DNA of 51,884 nt from positions 1 to 51,884 of IMG/VR virus record IMGVR_UViG_3300011444_000001; one strand, 5' to 3'. This stretch comes from a virus. Lineage: Duplodnaviria > Caudoviricetes. Below are positions 9,360-17,789 of the stretch, piece by piece (the first letter of the stretch is position 1; each line of letters starts with the position of its first letter). The notes below the pieces were generated by a model. It worked only from the letters and a program-made list of their open reading frames with translations. It made no database searches and had not been told where the DNA came from. Made by a program: the position numbers and the translations under genes.

Positions 9360-11080
9360 ACCAGGTCTATGGTTGAATAACCGGTCTCAACGTCATGTTG
9401 ATCGAAGAACTCGGTCTCTTTCTGCTGAAATTGCTCGAACTTGGCCCGACTTAGACCAGGCATCCACACTTCTGGACCATAAGCGAAGGCATCGAGCATG
9501 TGAATTTTCCTGTTGGCCCCAAAAGTGTCGTATTCCTTCGCCATCTCGGCGGTATCGTCACCAAAAGCCTTGGAACTGTCGATGATGTGTCCCTGAAGCT
9601 TCTCCGGGTTCGCTGCGAAGTGAACGAGACCGGCGCTCCAGTAGTTCTGTGTTGCCCGAACACGCGCTGGCTTGCTTAAAGTCTTTCCACCCACAATGGG
9701 ACCAATAGGAACAATGGAGAAATACTGACCTCTCCACAACATTTCACGTTCAAACCAGATTTTGTATAGTCCCGAGAACAGCACTTCTTCAATTGCGACG
9801 GCTCGCGGCTTCCAGCGAACAACCAACTTGAACATATTGTCGCAAGTCTCGGGTGGCTTCCACTCCCTCTCTAGGCAATTAAGGATGAAAATACGATTAA
9901 GATTGTCTGTACCCGTAACCACCAGCCCACCATATCCTGACATGGCAGGATCGTACAGGATACAAACATCGAGATCTCGAACGTTGATCCTTGTCTGTAC
10001 CTTTCCAGAGAATACGATCAGTTGGTTGTAACCGACCCAGTGGTAGTAACGCTTCCAGGTCTTGTCGAACTCTGTCGCACCTTCCTCTGGATCATTGGCG
10101 TACTGTGCGCTGAACACTTTCCGATTTTTCCTAAGGATAGCAAGGTTCGATGAGGTGAACCCGCCCTCTGGGAAGATCGGTAACTTTTCTGGAATCTTGT
10201 CCGGCCCAATGAAACGACCAGTCAGTTCCTCGACACCTCTGATATACTTTAACAGCTCCTCTCCATATCTATCGTGGATATGGGAGTATAGATCGTCGAA
10301 TGCCCAACGAGTGCCGATCAAGTCGAAGTGGTCAATTCCGAAGTCCGAGAAGAAGGCTTGAACATTGTCAAACCATTCCTTCGCGGCTGCCATGATTGTT
10401 TCGGAATCGCGTGCCTTGTCTCCGATCAAGTCATCGAACTTAATGTAGTTGTAGTGTCGCCCCTGCGATTTTCCACCTACACCCATCGTGTCAATCGTCG
10501 GCTCCGGCCAAGTCTGTGACCTTGGCAGTTCCAATTCATGCCGATTGATGCGGTGTTTTCTTGGTGACGGTACGCACTCAGGGAATAGACCCATGAGTAG
10601 CGGGTTCGTCAGAAAATGTCCTGTGATCGCAAAAAGAAAGTTCGAAGCTTGACCGTCTGTCTCGTGACAGATCAGAAGCCTACAATCAGTGCCTAGATTA
10701 CGCGGCCAAGGTTGGTTCGAGAGGACATCGGGTAAGACAATCTGGATAGAGTCGCCAATCGTACAAATTGTAGACTTGAAGTGTCCACGAGGTAGAAGAA
10801 TCTCACGGAAGCGCCACTCCGCGTTTCTCTCCATCCAGCTGCATAGATGACCGTGGAGATTCGGCGAGAGCCTATCGTATCCGAGAATCGCCGAGTTGAG
10901 CCAGAACAGGTCATTCTTTGCTCGCTGTCGCCAATGGTTCCACGTTTCGGTGTCCAACTCACGGAATTTGGTCTCAATCTTCTTCCGTGCAATTATGTTC
11001 GTTTCCTCGGATGTTAGTCTGTTCCACTCTTCATCCGAGTATGTACCCTCAAACTCGAAGTCACGGAGCTTGAGTGACAT
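9356..11080 (-). CDS. terL: Terminase large subunit
   Basis: Walker A-like PRGHFKST, Walker B GRHYNYIKFDD, coupling motif IGTRW, nuclease motifs YDPA and HMLDAFAY. Confidence 0.92.
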   Translation of the reverse strand: MSLKLRDFEFEGTYSDEEWNRLTSEETNIIARKKIETKFRELDTETWNHWRQRAKNDLFWLNSAILGYDRLSPNLHGHLCSWMERNAEWRFREILLPRGHFKSTICTIGDSIQIVLPDVLSNQPWPRNLGTDCRLLICHETDGQASNFLFAITGHFLTNPLLMGLFPECVPSPRKHRINRHELELPRSQTWPEPTIDTMGVGGKSQGRHYNYIKFDDLIGDKARDSETIMAAAKEWFDNVQAFFSDFGIDHFDLIGTRWAFDDLYSHIHDRYGEELLKYIRGVEELTGRFIGPDKIPEKLPIFPEGGFTSSNLAILRKNRKVFSAQYANDPEEGATEFDKTWKRYYHWVGYNQLIVFSGKVQTRINVRDLDVCILYDPAMSGYGGLVVTGTDNLNRIFILNCLEREWKPPETCDNMFKLVVRWKPRAVAIEEVLFSGLYKIWFEREMLWRGQYFSIVPIGPIVGGKTLSKPARVRATQNYWSAGLVHFAANPEKLQGHIIDSSKAFGDDTAEMAKEYDTFGANRKIHMLDAFAYGPEVWMPGLSRAKFEQFQQKETEFFDQHDVETGYSTIDLV

Positions 11081-11666
11081 CGCCAACTTCAACAGCGGTC
11101 TCAGGGAGAGCATGGAGGCGCTTGGCCTCGTCTGCCATCGCCGTACCCTTTATCAGCTTATCGAACTGTTGATCCGAGACGATGATCGCCTTGCCGATGT
11201 TCGTTCCACCAGCATCGTCGGGTTGAATCTTCCTTGTTCCCCGGAGTAAAGTAATGGCTCGGTCGAAGATACCAAGAGGATTCTTCGTCGCGAGTGCATC
11301 GTCGTTGATGACATCCTCGACACGCTGCATTGCTTTCAACGTCACTGTTTCGAGACGCTGCTCAATCGTCTGCATCGCCTTGCCGTTGATACGAGCGAGG
11401 ACGAGCTTGCGGACGATTCCAGCCTGCTCTGTCTTAAGGATATTGGTGACGTGCATATCCGAGAAACCCATACGATAAGCGATCTCGGTACGCTTGTATC
11501 CCATGCAGTCGAGGAGAACCACTTCCTCGTAAATGGGATGCCATTCCTTCGGATTCCAACGAGGCTTGGTGATGCGCGCACGTCGAAGCGCCCTGTTCTC
11601 ATCCAGCGGAGAATCGCCGTTGAGAGCTGGGTTGATGTGCGTTTCTACAAGGTTTGGAGCCGCCAT
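11061..11666 (-). CDS. terS: Probable terminase small subunit (HTH)
   Basis: HTH-like GYKRTEIAYRMGFSDMHVTNIL; directly upstream of terL. Confidence 0.65.
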   Translation of the reverse strand: MAAPNLVETHINPALNGDSPLDENRALRRARITKPRWNPKEWHPIYEEVVLLDCMGYKRTEIAYRMGFSDMHVTNILKTEQAGIVRKLVLARINGKAMQTIEQRLETVTLKAMQRVEDVINDDALATKNPLGIFDRAITLLRGTRKIQPDDAGGTNIGKAIIVSDQQFDKLIKGTAMADEAKRLHALPETAVEVGDVTQAP

Positions 11667-11777
11667 GCCTATTTCCTTTTGCCAAAGCTCTTCAGTTTCT
11701 TACGATATTCTCGCAGCTGCTTACCGAGGAAGCCCTGCTTCGGAGGGGGAATCCTCTTGCCAGTGTAAACAGCTTTC

Positions 11778-11981
11778 TTACGAGCCACGTTCAAGCGTCT
11801 CTCGAAGCTGAATGATGTGTCCAGTCAAGACTTCCTGGCGCCAGAACATCAGTGCCTGTGGAAACGTGAAGCCTTGTGCAGCGAGCAGCGGCCATACAGT
11901 TGTTTTGAAGTCAGCGAAATATTGTATCCAACTGACCTCTTCCTCTTCTGTGAAGCCAACCTGCTCATCCCGCTCTAACAT
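11778..11981 (-). CDS. Hypothetical protein
   Basis: ORF on the late strand. Confidence 0.45.
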   Translation of the reverse strand: MLERDEQVGFTEEEEVSWIQYFADFKTTVWPLLAAQGFTFPQALMFWRQEVLTGHIIQLRETLERGS

Positions 11982-12107
11982 GCGGGAAGCCGAACACCAG
12001 TACCAGGCCGAGTATCAGTGCGACGATGAGGATGATCTGAACTGTCGGCTCAACCTTGATGATCCTGATGAGACACCAGGTGACGAACCAGAGAAGAATG
12101 AGATAGA

Positions 12108-12263
12108 TCATTTCTTCTTCCCTTTCTTCGCGGGCAACTTCTTGTAAGCTGCCTTGGAGGTGTGGGAGAGAAACTCTTTCCCCACGTCAGGTGAAACACC
12201 CTTCACTTTCCCCGCCGCAACAGCGCCCATGAAACGAGCCTGAGCCTTCGACTTGACCGGCAT
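12108..12263 (-). CDS. Small basic phage protein (MPVKSKAQARFM...)
   Basis: GAGGAG RBS before the ATG at 12263; MPxKSxAQxRFM is a recurrent phage N-terminus. Confidence 0.6.
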   Translation of the reverse strand: MPVKSKAQARFMGAVAAGKVKGVSPDVGKEFLSHTSKAAYKKLPAKKGKKK

Positions 12264-12329
12264 GCGACGGGTCTCCTCTTGGAGAATGAACTCTCGCCCA
12301 TCGAAAACGTGAGAGTCTGTGTAGAACAA

Positions 12330-12671
12330 CTACGCCGCCGGAGTGTTGGCGACGATGGCGGCTGCGAGTGCGTCCTTGGAGGACGCGAGCTGCGAGGTCA
12401 GGGCACTGAGCTTCGCTGGATCGGTGCCGGCCGCGACGATGAGATCGTGGAGTTGACCGAGAAGGAGTACTGCGGATGCTTCGGCATCGGTATTCGCCGC
12501 CACCTGTGAGGTGAGGCTGTCGAGTTCTCCCGCCATTGTGTTGATCTCCTGGTTGAGTGCTGTTTGTAACAGCACAAGGCTCTCGAGGAGCGTGATTGCT
12601 CGATCGAGTTTGGTGTGAAGTTTCTTGCTATCCAGCTCGTCCAGAGTAACGATTAGCTTGAACTTAGGCAC
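12330..12671 (-). CDS. Coiled-coil, Ala-rich hypothetical protein
   Basis: GGAGG RBS; C-terminus ...LAAAIVANTPAA. Confidence 0.6.
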   Translation of the reverse strand: MPKFKLIVTLDELDSKKLHTKLDRAITLLESLVLLQTALNQEINTMAGELDSLTSQVAANTDAEASAVLLLGQLHDLIVAAGTDPAKLSALTSQLASSKDALAAAIVANTPAA

Positions 12672-12896
12672 TTATCCTCCAAACAGCTTCTTGACCCTTG
12701 ACTTCACCTTCTGCCCAACTGTTGAATCAGGAGTAGCCGCCATTGCATTGGCTCCGGTTGCCAGCGTCTTGCGAAGCGCCGCGCCACGAGGACCATACGC
12801 CTCGACAGCGAGAGAATCGTCCTCGGACATTGGAGTCTTCCCAAGGCGCCGGTCAGCGTTCGCGCGATGGCGGCCACCACTTGTTGGATCAGACAT
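12672..12896 (-). CDS. Hypothetical protein
   Basis: AGGAG RBS; abuts its neighbours. Confidence 0.5.
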   Translation of the reverse strand: MSDPTSGGRHRANADRRLGKTPMSEDDSLAVEAYGPRGAALRKTLATGANAMAATPDSTVGQKVKSRVKKLFGG

Positions 12897-13134
12897 ATGC
12901 TTCTCCTATCTTTTGCACCTGCTTACGCAAGTGTGGCTGCTTGTTGAGTAACTGGACAATGGCGTATGCCTCGTGACGCTTCAGTGGAAACCTCGTGTCG
13001 GCTGACACCAAGAACGGTGAGTTACACACCAAGATGTCGTAGCCGACATGCTTACCACTAACGTGCTTCTGGCGAACATGGAAAGGCTCCCTGAAACGCC
13101 TTTTCTTAGGTCCGCCGATAAGCCGCTTCGCCAT
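12889..13134 (-). CDS. Basic hypothetical protein
   Basis: Coupled overlaps at both ends. Confidence 0.5.
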   Translation of the reverse strand: MAKRLIGGPKKRRFREPFHVRQKHVSGKHVGYDILVCNSPFLVSADTRFPLKRHEAYAIVQLLNKQPHLRKQVQKIGEAYV

Positions 13135-13526
13135 CAGCTCATCGCCCCGTAGACTCGCTTGTGAACGATGAACGTGCGATCCGCCGCGTCACCTGCCGCG
13201 AGATGGATGCGCCACGCAGCTGCGAGCAGAAGCGCCGCCTTGAAGTTCACAGCGATACCAGCAGCTCCGAGGGGAACGGCAGTCGGAGGAGCGGCCCAGG
13301 TCGCATTAGCGGTGGCCTGTGCAAGTGAGACAGAAGGTGATGTGCGGAGCTGATAGTCTACGTCGAAGTCGAACGAGATCTGGATGGTTGCTGCAGCGAC
13401 GAGCCCGGTTGGGGACTTGATGGCAATGTCCTCGGCATCCGAGATCGTTTGGTTACTGATCATCGCCAAGCTGTCTGTCGCAGCAGCCGTTATGACGATG
13501 TCACCAACTCTTGCCCAGGTGAGCAT
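13134..13526 (-). CDS. Hypothetical protein, first gene of the leftward block
   Basis: GAGG RBS, just downstream of the leftward promoter. Confidence 0.6.
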   Translation of the reverse strand: MLTWARVGDIVITAAATDSLAMISNQTISDAEDIAIKSPTGLVAAATIQISFDFDVDYQLRTSPSVSLAQATANATWAAPPTAVPLGAAGIAVNFKAALLLAAAWRIHLAAGDAADRTFIVHKRVYGAMS

Positions 13527-13564
13527 AACAGACCTCGTGGAATGGTGTCCCGAGAATATGAATC

Positions 13565-13593
13565 AGTATAATACAATCCCATCCCACACGCAA
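13565..13593 (-). promoter_or_regulatory. Leftward sigma70-type promoter for the morphogenesis block
   Basis: TTGCGT-17 nt-TATACT on the minus strand, in the same GGCTTG context as the rightward promoters. Confidence 0.65.
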
Positions 13594-13701
13594 GCCCCAG
13601 TTTCCACGTGCCCCGCATGGACGAGCCAAGAAGATGGTTCCATGCGGAACCTATGACGATACACACGAACCCAACGATCTACCTCGAAAAGAACGATGTA
13701 T

Positions 13702-13726
13702 CTCATCTTTAGCGGCTAAAGTCAAG
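13702..13726. promoter_or_regulatory. 25-bp dyad motif, control-region copy
   Basis: CTCATC TTTAG CGG CTAAA GTCAAG. Confidence 0.75.
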
Positions 13727-13828
13727 CAATAGGTAGGGAATGAGGTGTAACTTAAAAAGTATCCCGTAATTACCTGGGGTGCCTTGTATAGAATTTACGT
13801 TTCTCGTTTTCCCCCTACCGGGGGATGC

Positions 13829-13975
13829 GAGTGCTCACTCACCTGGAGATGGCGCGAGTGAGTGCTCACCCTCTGGGAGGCACCCGCCCTGGCGGAGCGA
13901 GTACTCACACACAGTGACCCAGGGACAATGCGAATGATAATCATTTTCAGGCATGACGCTGGAGTGAGTGCTCAC
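13829..13975. repeat. Four GAGT(G/A)CTCAC repeats
   Basis: Copies start at 13829, 13860, 13899 and 13966. Confidence 0.8.
13930..13948. promoter_or_regulatory. Fur-box-like site
   Basis: GCGAATGATAATCATTTTC matches GATAATGATAATCATTATC at 16 of 19 positions. Confidence 0.65.
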
Positions 13976-14097
13976 ATACCTGTTGCAGGGTCGTCACAAC
14001 ACAGTGTTGCGCCCGTCCCCCGATGCGCTCCCGAAGCGGGCGGCGTACCCAAATGAGGACACATCGTAAGTCGTTATGCCGCAACGAGTTAGAGACG

Positions 14098-14113
14098 TGG
14101 CACGGCGATTGCT
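14098..14113 (+). promoter_or_regulatory. sigma54 (-24/-12) promoter
   Basis: TGGCACGGCGATTGCT matches consensus TGGCACG-N4-TTGCW; a weaker copy lies at 14150-14165. Confidence 0.7.
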
Positions 14114-14222
14114 CTACCAGTACCTGTCGCCAGGCACCGCTCACCGTCCTGGCACGCGATGTGCTCCATCAGGTGGCACGCGGGCGGCGTCAAACCGTCC
14201 CATATACCCTGAGGAGGGGAAC

Positions 14223-14513
14223 GTGGCGCACGCAATAGGTTGCATCGGCTCGTCTATGGACGGGCGGAGCAAGGTGCGCCCCACCATGACCAAGGCGGTG
14301 CGCGAGCGCAACAAGCGGCTCGTACCCCGAAAGGTCAGGAACCAGACTCGTGACGTGGGCTTCATTCTAGTCTCACGTGACGGGGAGGCACCCAAGGTGC
14401 GGGCGATCCGAGCAGGACACGGTCACCACTACAAGAGCGCGCTCGTGTTCGCTCAGGTGGAGATTATGAAGGACGGCGACGGAAAACCGTTGACGATCAA
14501 GCGTCCCAAGTGA
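14223..14513 (+). CDS. Basic hypothetical early protein (96 aa)
   Basis: GAGGAGG RBS then GTG at 14223; downstream of the sigma54 site. Confidence 0.6.
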   Translation: MAHAIGCIGSSMDGRSKVRPTMTKAVRERNKRLVPRKVRNQTRDVGFILVSRDGEAPKVRAIRAGHGHHYKSALVFAQVEIMKDGDGKPLTIKRPK

Positions 14514-14655
14514 GCAACGACATCTGGCCGGGCGAGGACGAGATCGCTCGGCAAATGACGAAGGACGCACGAGGCCCAGTCAGGCATGAATGGTACTGCG
14601 ATTTCTGGGAGGGCTGGTTTACGTCAGCATTCACCAGATACGTGAAACGCAAGGC

Positions 14656-14685
14656 TTGACAAAACACGACGCGAGCCGCTAATAT
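14656..14685 (+). promoter_or_regulatory. sigma70-type promoter
   Basis: TTGACA-18 nt-TAATAT. Confidence 0.55.
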
Positions 14686-14691
14686 AGGGTA

Positions 14692-14717
14692 GACGACATC
14701 GTAAGACGACATCGTAA
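14692..14717. repeat. 13-bp tandem repeat, two copies
   Basis: GACGACATCGTAA GACGACATCGTAA. Confidence 0.8.
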
Positions 14718-14763
14718 GGTGTTGGGCGAGGTTCAAATCCTCCTCACGTCATTGGCTCATAGT

Positions 14764-14942
14764 TCCATCTATTCCATCCATCCACATGGATGGACGGGGG
14801 GCACCCCTTCACCCTCTGACACCTTATTAGGACACTGACACCTCAGTTCTTATAAAAAAATAATATATATAAGAACAGCTGAGGAGCTAGAGGGTCAAGG
14901 GGTGGGGGTAGGCCATCCACATGGATGGATGGAAGAAATGGA
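14764..14942. other. Large imperfect palindrome with AT-rich centre, candidate replication origin
   Basis: CCATCCACATGGATGG at 14778 and 14913; CACCCCTT/AAGGGGTG and ACCCTCT/AGAGGGT arms; central GTTCTTATA/TATAAGAAC around an all-A/T loop. Confidence 0.6.
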
Positions 14943-14966
14943 CAAACATTGGAATTGTTTGAGGGC

Positions 14967-14995
14967 TTGACAATTCAACGGTGAGGTGTTAGCTT
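14967..14995 (+). promoter_or_regulatory. sigma70-type promoter, extended -10
   Basis: TTGACA-17 nt-TAGCTT with TG at the extended position. Confidence 0.65.
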
Positions 14996-15088
14996 GTCTA
15001 CACACGATTGGATTCTCGTCTACACGAGAGTCTACACGATCTGTCCGTATCCGTTGGAGTTGGGCGTCAACACCAGATAGGAGGGACA

Positions 15089-15352
15089 ATGTACGGGTGG
15101 CTAATGCCCACTCGCGTAGTCATGCTCGTTCGTGAGACCGAAGATGAGGCTCGGGATGTCATGCGCCGTGCTGTCGAGCATTGTGAGTCGATGGTCGCGG
15201 GAACGTATGAAGAGTCCCCGCCGGAATTGGCTGCCAAGTTGATTCTGGATATGATCGGTTTGGGCGAGGTGAGCACGCGGGAGAAGGAGCGCGCACAGCG
15301 CATGCTCGTGCAGTATGCTGGAGCCAAGCTGGTGCAAATCACGGAGGTGTAA
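15089..15352 (+). CDS. Hypothetical early protein
   Basis: AGGAGG RBS, ATG at 15089. Confidence 0.6.
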   Translation: MYGWLMPTRVVMLVRETEDEARDVMRRAVEHCESMVAGTYEESPPELAAKLILDMIGLGEVSTREKERAQRMLVQYAGAKLVQITEV

Positions 15353-15467
15353 ATGAAGGATGAGGACAAGCGTGGGTGAGGTATGATAGCCTCACTCATA
15401 TCTAAAGTCGGGAAGGCGCCCGGAAGTGTTGTATCGACGCCACACTGGGCGTGGGGATATTTGGGGC

Positions 15468-15496
15468 TTGACAGGAACCGTTGACCGTGGTATATT
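15468..15496 (+). promoter_or_regulatory. Strong sigma70-type promoter
   Basis: TTGACA-17 nt-TATATT with TG extension. Confidence 0.8.
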
Positions 15497-15519
15497 GTCT
15501 ATACGGTACAACGAACAAG

Positions 15520-15531
15520 GCTCTTTGACAA
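15520..15531 (+). promoter_or_regulatory. boxA-like antitermination signal
   Basis: GCTCTTTGACAA about 20 nt after the predicted start site; the rrn boxA is TGCTCTTTAACA. Confidence 0.55.
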
Positions 15532-15594
15532 CCGATACGTGAGCGCTGATTCCCTCGTTTCACCCAACCGAACATCGGTAGAGAGGATCGGCAT

Positions 15595-16029
15595 ATGAAA
15601 GCTGTCGCGCAGGAAAAGCCGGTCACGACCAATCACGAGAAGCTCGGCAAGATCGAGTTCCCCGTCGAGGTTCTCCAGGTCGAGACTGACGAAGAGATGG
15701 TGAAGGACGCGGGGGGTGCGGACTCGTTGCGGGATTTCTACAACGGTCAGCGTTCCACCAACGCGAAGAACGCGGCTCGTGCGTTCGCCCGCAACTACGA
15801 AGTCGCGGAGGGCGTCGAGTTGACCCCGGAGAAGATCACGGAGCTGGTGGCCGAGATCGTCGCCAAGGGTCAGAAGCTCGCTCTCGACTACACTCCGTCG
15901 GCGGACACGGAGCGGGGTCCGAGCAAGGCGAAGAAGGCTGCTGCCTTCGATGACATCGCCGCGCTCGTGTCGAGCGGCAAGGAGTTCACGATGGAGGAGC
16001 TGCAGAGCCTCCTGGCGAAGGCGAAGTAA
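15595..16029 (+). CDS. Hypothetical early protein, probably highly expressed
   Basis: GAGG RBS; strong C/G-ending codon bias like the MCP; flanked by complementary sequences. Confidence 0.75.
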   Translation: MKAVAQEKPVTTNHEKLGKIEFPVEVLQVETDEEMVKDAGGADSLRDFYNGQRSTNAKNAARAFARNYEVAEGVELTPEKITELVAEIVAKGQKLALDYTPSADTERGPSKAKKAAAFDDIAALVSSGKEFTMEELQSLLAKAK

Positions 16030-16084
16030 CGTACATCAGCGCTCACGTTCGGTAGGTCTAATCATCAAATGATAAGAGAGCTGT

Positions 16085-16183
16085 TTGCACGTTTCAAGGA
16101 CGCGCCCTGGCGCGGCGGGCATTGTGTCCCGTCCCAACGATCCAGCCTAGCTGTCGGGAGATAGCCGATTCCTTGGCGTGCAA
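16085..16183 (+). ncRNA. Putative ~100-nt multibranch RNA structure
   Basis: Closing TTGCACG/CGTGCAA and CAAGGA/TCCTTG; inner CGCGCC/GGCGCG, GCGGG/CCCGT and GCTGTC-GGGA-GATAGC. Confidence 0.45.
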
Positions 16184-16219
16184 CACCTTAGACGAAGCTC
16201 ACCATTCAAGGGGGCTTGT

Positions 16220-16390
16220 ATGGCACTGCAATATACTCGCAAGGAAGCTGAGGACTTGTTAGAGTCCTACGTCACCGCGATCCAAGCTATGGATCAGATG
16301 ACGAGCGAGGGTGCCGAGGAAGCTCTCTGGCGGAAGATCAAGCTGGTGAAAGAAGTGATACTCGACATGATGACGAGGCCATTATGTTGA
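16220..16390 (+). CDS. Hypothetical protein
   Basis: MALQYTRKEAEDLL... after AAGGGGG; overlaps the next gene. Confidence 0.5.
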   Translation: MALQYTRKEAEDLLESYVTAIQAMDQMTSEGAEEALWRKIKLVKEVILDMMTRPLC

Positions 16391-16836
16391 GGAATACGAC
16401 TAACCTGCCTGATAGGTTAATCGCGATTGCTGCGGCATTTGCGATGCCTCCTGACTGTCCTCCAGTCGCTTCAATCGTCATCAAGAACAAGCGGAGGGGG
16501 AAGGTTGCAGGACAGTGGGGCTGGTACTATCACGAGGACAATCAGGTTGTCGTGATTGTACCCAGGAAGATCTCGCATGAACACAAGCTCAAACTCAAAT
16601 TCACTAAGAAACAAGTCTCATTCTCGTCACGAGCAGAGTTCCTCGTGTCGGTCATCGCTCACGAGCTTCGCCATGTCTGGCAATTCCAACACTGGAATAC
16701 GCCAGCGATGAAGTGGAGATTGGAACGAACTCGCGTGGGTAAGTACGCGAGGGAGGTGGACGCTGAGATGTATCAAACAGCGATCCTTCGGAAGTGGCAA
16801 CACGAGGTAATGCCTCTAATCAAGGAGGTAGCGTGA
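16384..16836 (+). CDS. Putative zinc metallopeptidase (SprT/IrrE-like HExxH)
   Basis: VIAHELRHVWQ plus downstream EVDAE. Confidence 0.65.
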   Translation: MLRNTTNLPDRLIAIAAAFAMPPDCPPVASIVIKNKRRGKVAGQWGWYYHEDNQVVVIVPRKISHEHKLKLKFTKKQVSFSSRAEFLVSVIAHELRHVWQFQHWNTPAMKWRLERTRVGKYAREVDAEMYQTAILRKWQHEVMPLIKEVA

Positions 16837-17016
16837 GAATTCAAGGACAGGAGCTGCCGATCACGTTCGAGCTGCTCGACATCGCAATTCAGTTGGCGAA
16901 GGACTCACGAGTCAAACTCTGTTACATCTGCGAGAGTCGAGAGACGTTCTACAATCCCTCGAACTGGTATCTCGTACACATCGGCAGGATCGACGCGCTG
17001 ATCTCACTGATGTAGT

Positions 17017-17041
17017 CTCATCTTTAGCCGATAAAGACAAG
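17017..17041. promoter_or_regulatory. 25-bp dyad motif abutting an RBS
   Basis: CTCATC TTTAG CCG ATAAA GACAAG followed by GGAGG. Confidence 0.75.
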
Positions 17042-17055
17042 GGAGGTGAGAACGG

Positions 17056-17493
17056 ATGGAGCAAAAGGAAATCGAATGGGAGTTGATGAAACTGTGCGAA
17101 CGTGTCGCGGGCGCTCGTGCTCGATACGAGGAACAAAGCAAGATCGAGGACACGATTCGACACATCAACAGTCTCGTCCATGGATTGGGTAGTGCCAAGC
17201 CAGTTCGTGACGCAAAGGAGTTGCTCGCTGATCTGGTACGCGAGCGGGCGCTGTCCGAGGATCGTCTCTGGCGCGCGCTGATCGAAGGCTGTGCTGAGCG
17301 CATCAGTCTCGGTGGCTCAGTACCGACGAGCGGATACTTGGAGGCGCGAGGGATTCTCGAGGATATTTACACGAGAATCATCCGTGATGGTGAGACAACG
17401 GCAGATGTTCTCGACGGTGCCTTCATGGCTCGCATCGGGGATCACCTGGGCGAGAGAAACAAGGAGGGGCTCGATGTTCCGGGTTCGATCTAA
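17056..17493 (+). CDS. Hypothetical protein
   Basis: GGAGGT RBS. Confidence 0.6.
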   Translation: MEQKEIEWELMKLCERVAGARARYEEQSKIEDTIRHINSLVHGLGSAKPVRDAKELLADLVRERALSEDRLWRALIEGCAERISLGGSVPTSGYLEARGILEDIYTRIIRDGETTADVLDGAFMARIGDHLGERNKEGLDVPGSI

Positions 17494-17750
17494 ACGAGAG
17501 TGGGGCATCAGAGTTGGGCCACCTGTACCGTGCAAGCCTCCAACTTTTCTTTCGTGGAGGTGGATCATGTACTTCATTACTCGCAGGTGGAAGTCTCGCA
17601 AGGGTTTCATGCTGCTCCCGGCGCTCGGTATGATCGCGCTGTGGGGAACAATCGTGTTGGGCTGGATCATGATCTGGGATTGGGCGACTCCAGCCGCAGT
17701 GGATCGCTGGTACTAGGCGCGAAACCTGAGACTTGCACGGTGTAGGAGGC

Positions 17751-17779
17751 TTGACAAAACCCGTCCACCATGTTATATT
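17751..17779 (+). promoter_or_regulatory. Strong sigma70-type promoter
   Basis: TTGACA-17 nt-TATATT with TG extension. Confidence 0.8.
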
Positions 17780-17789
17780 ACGGGTGTAA

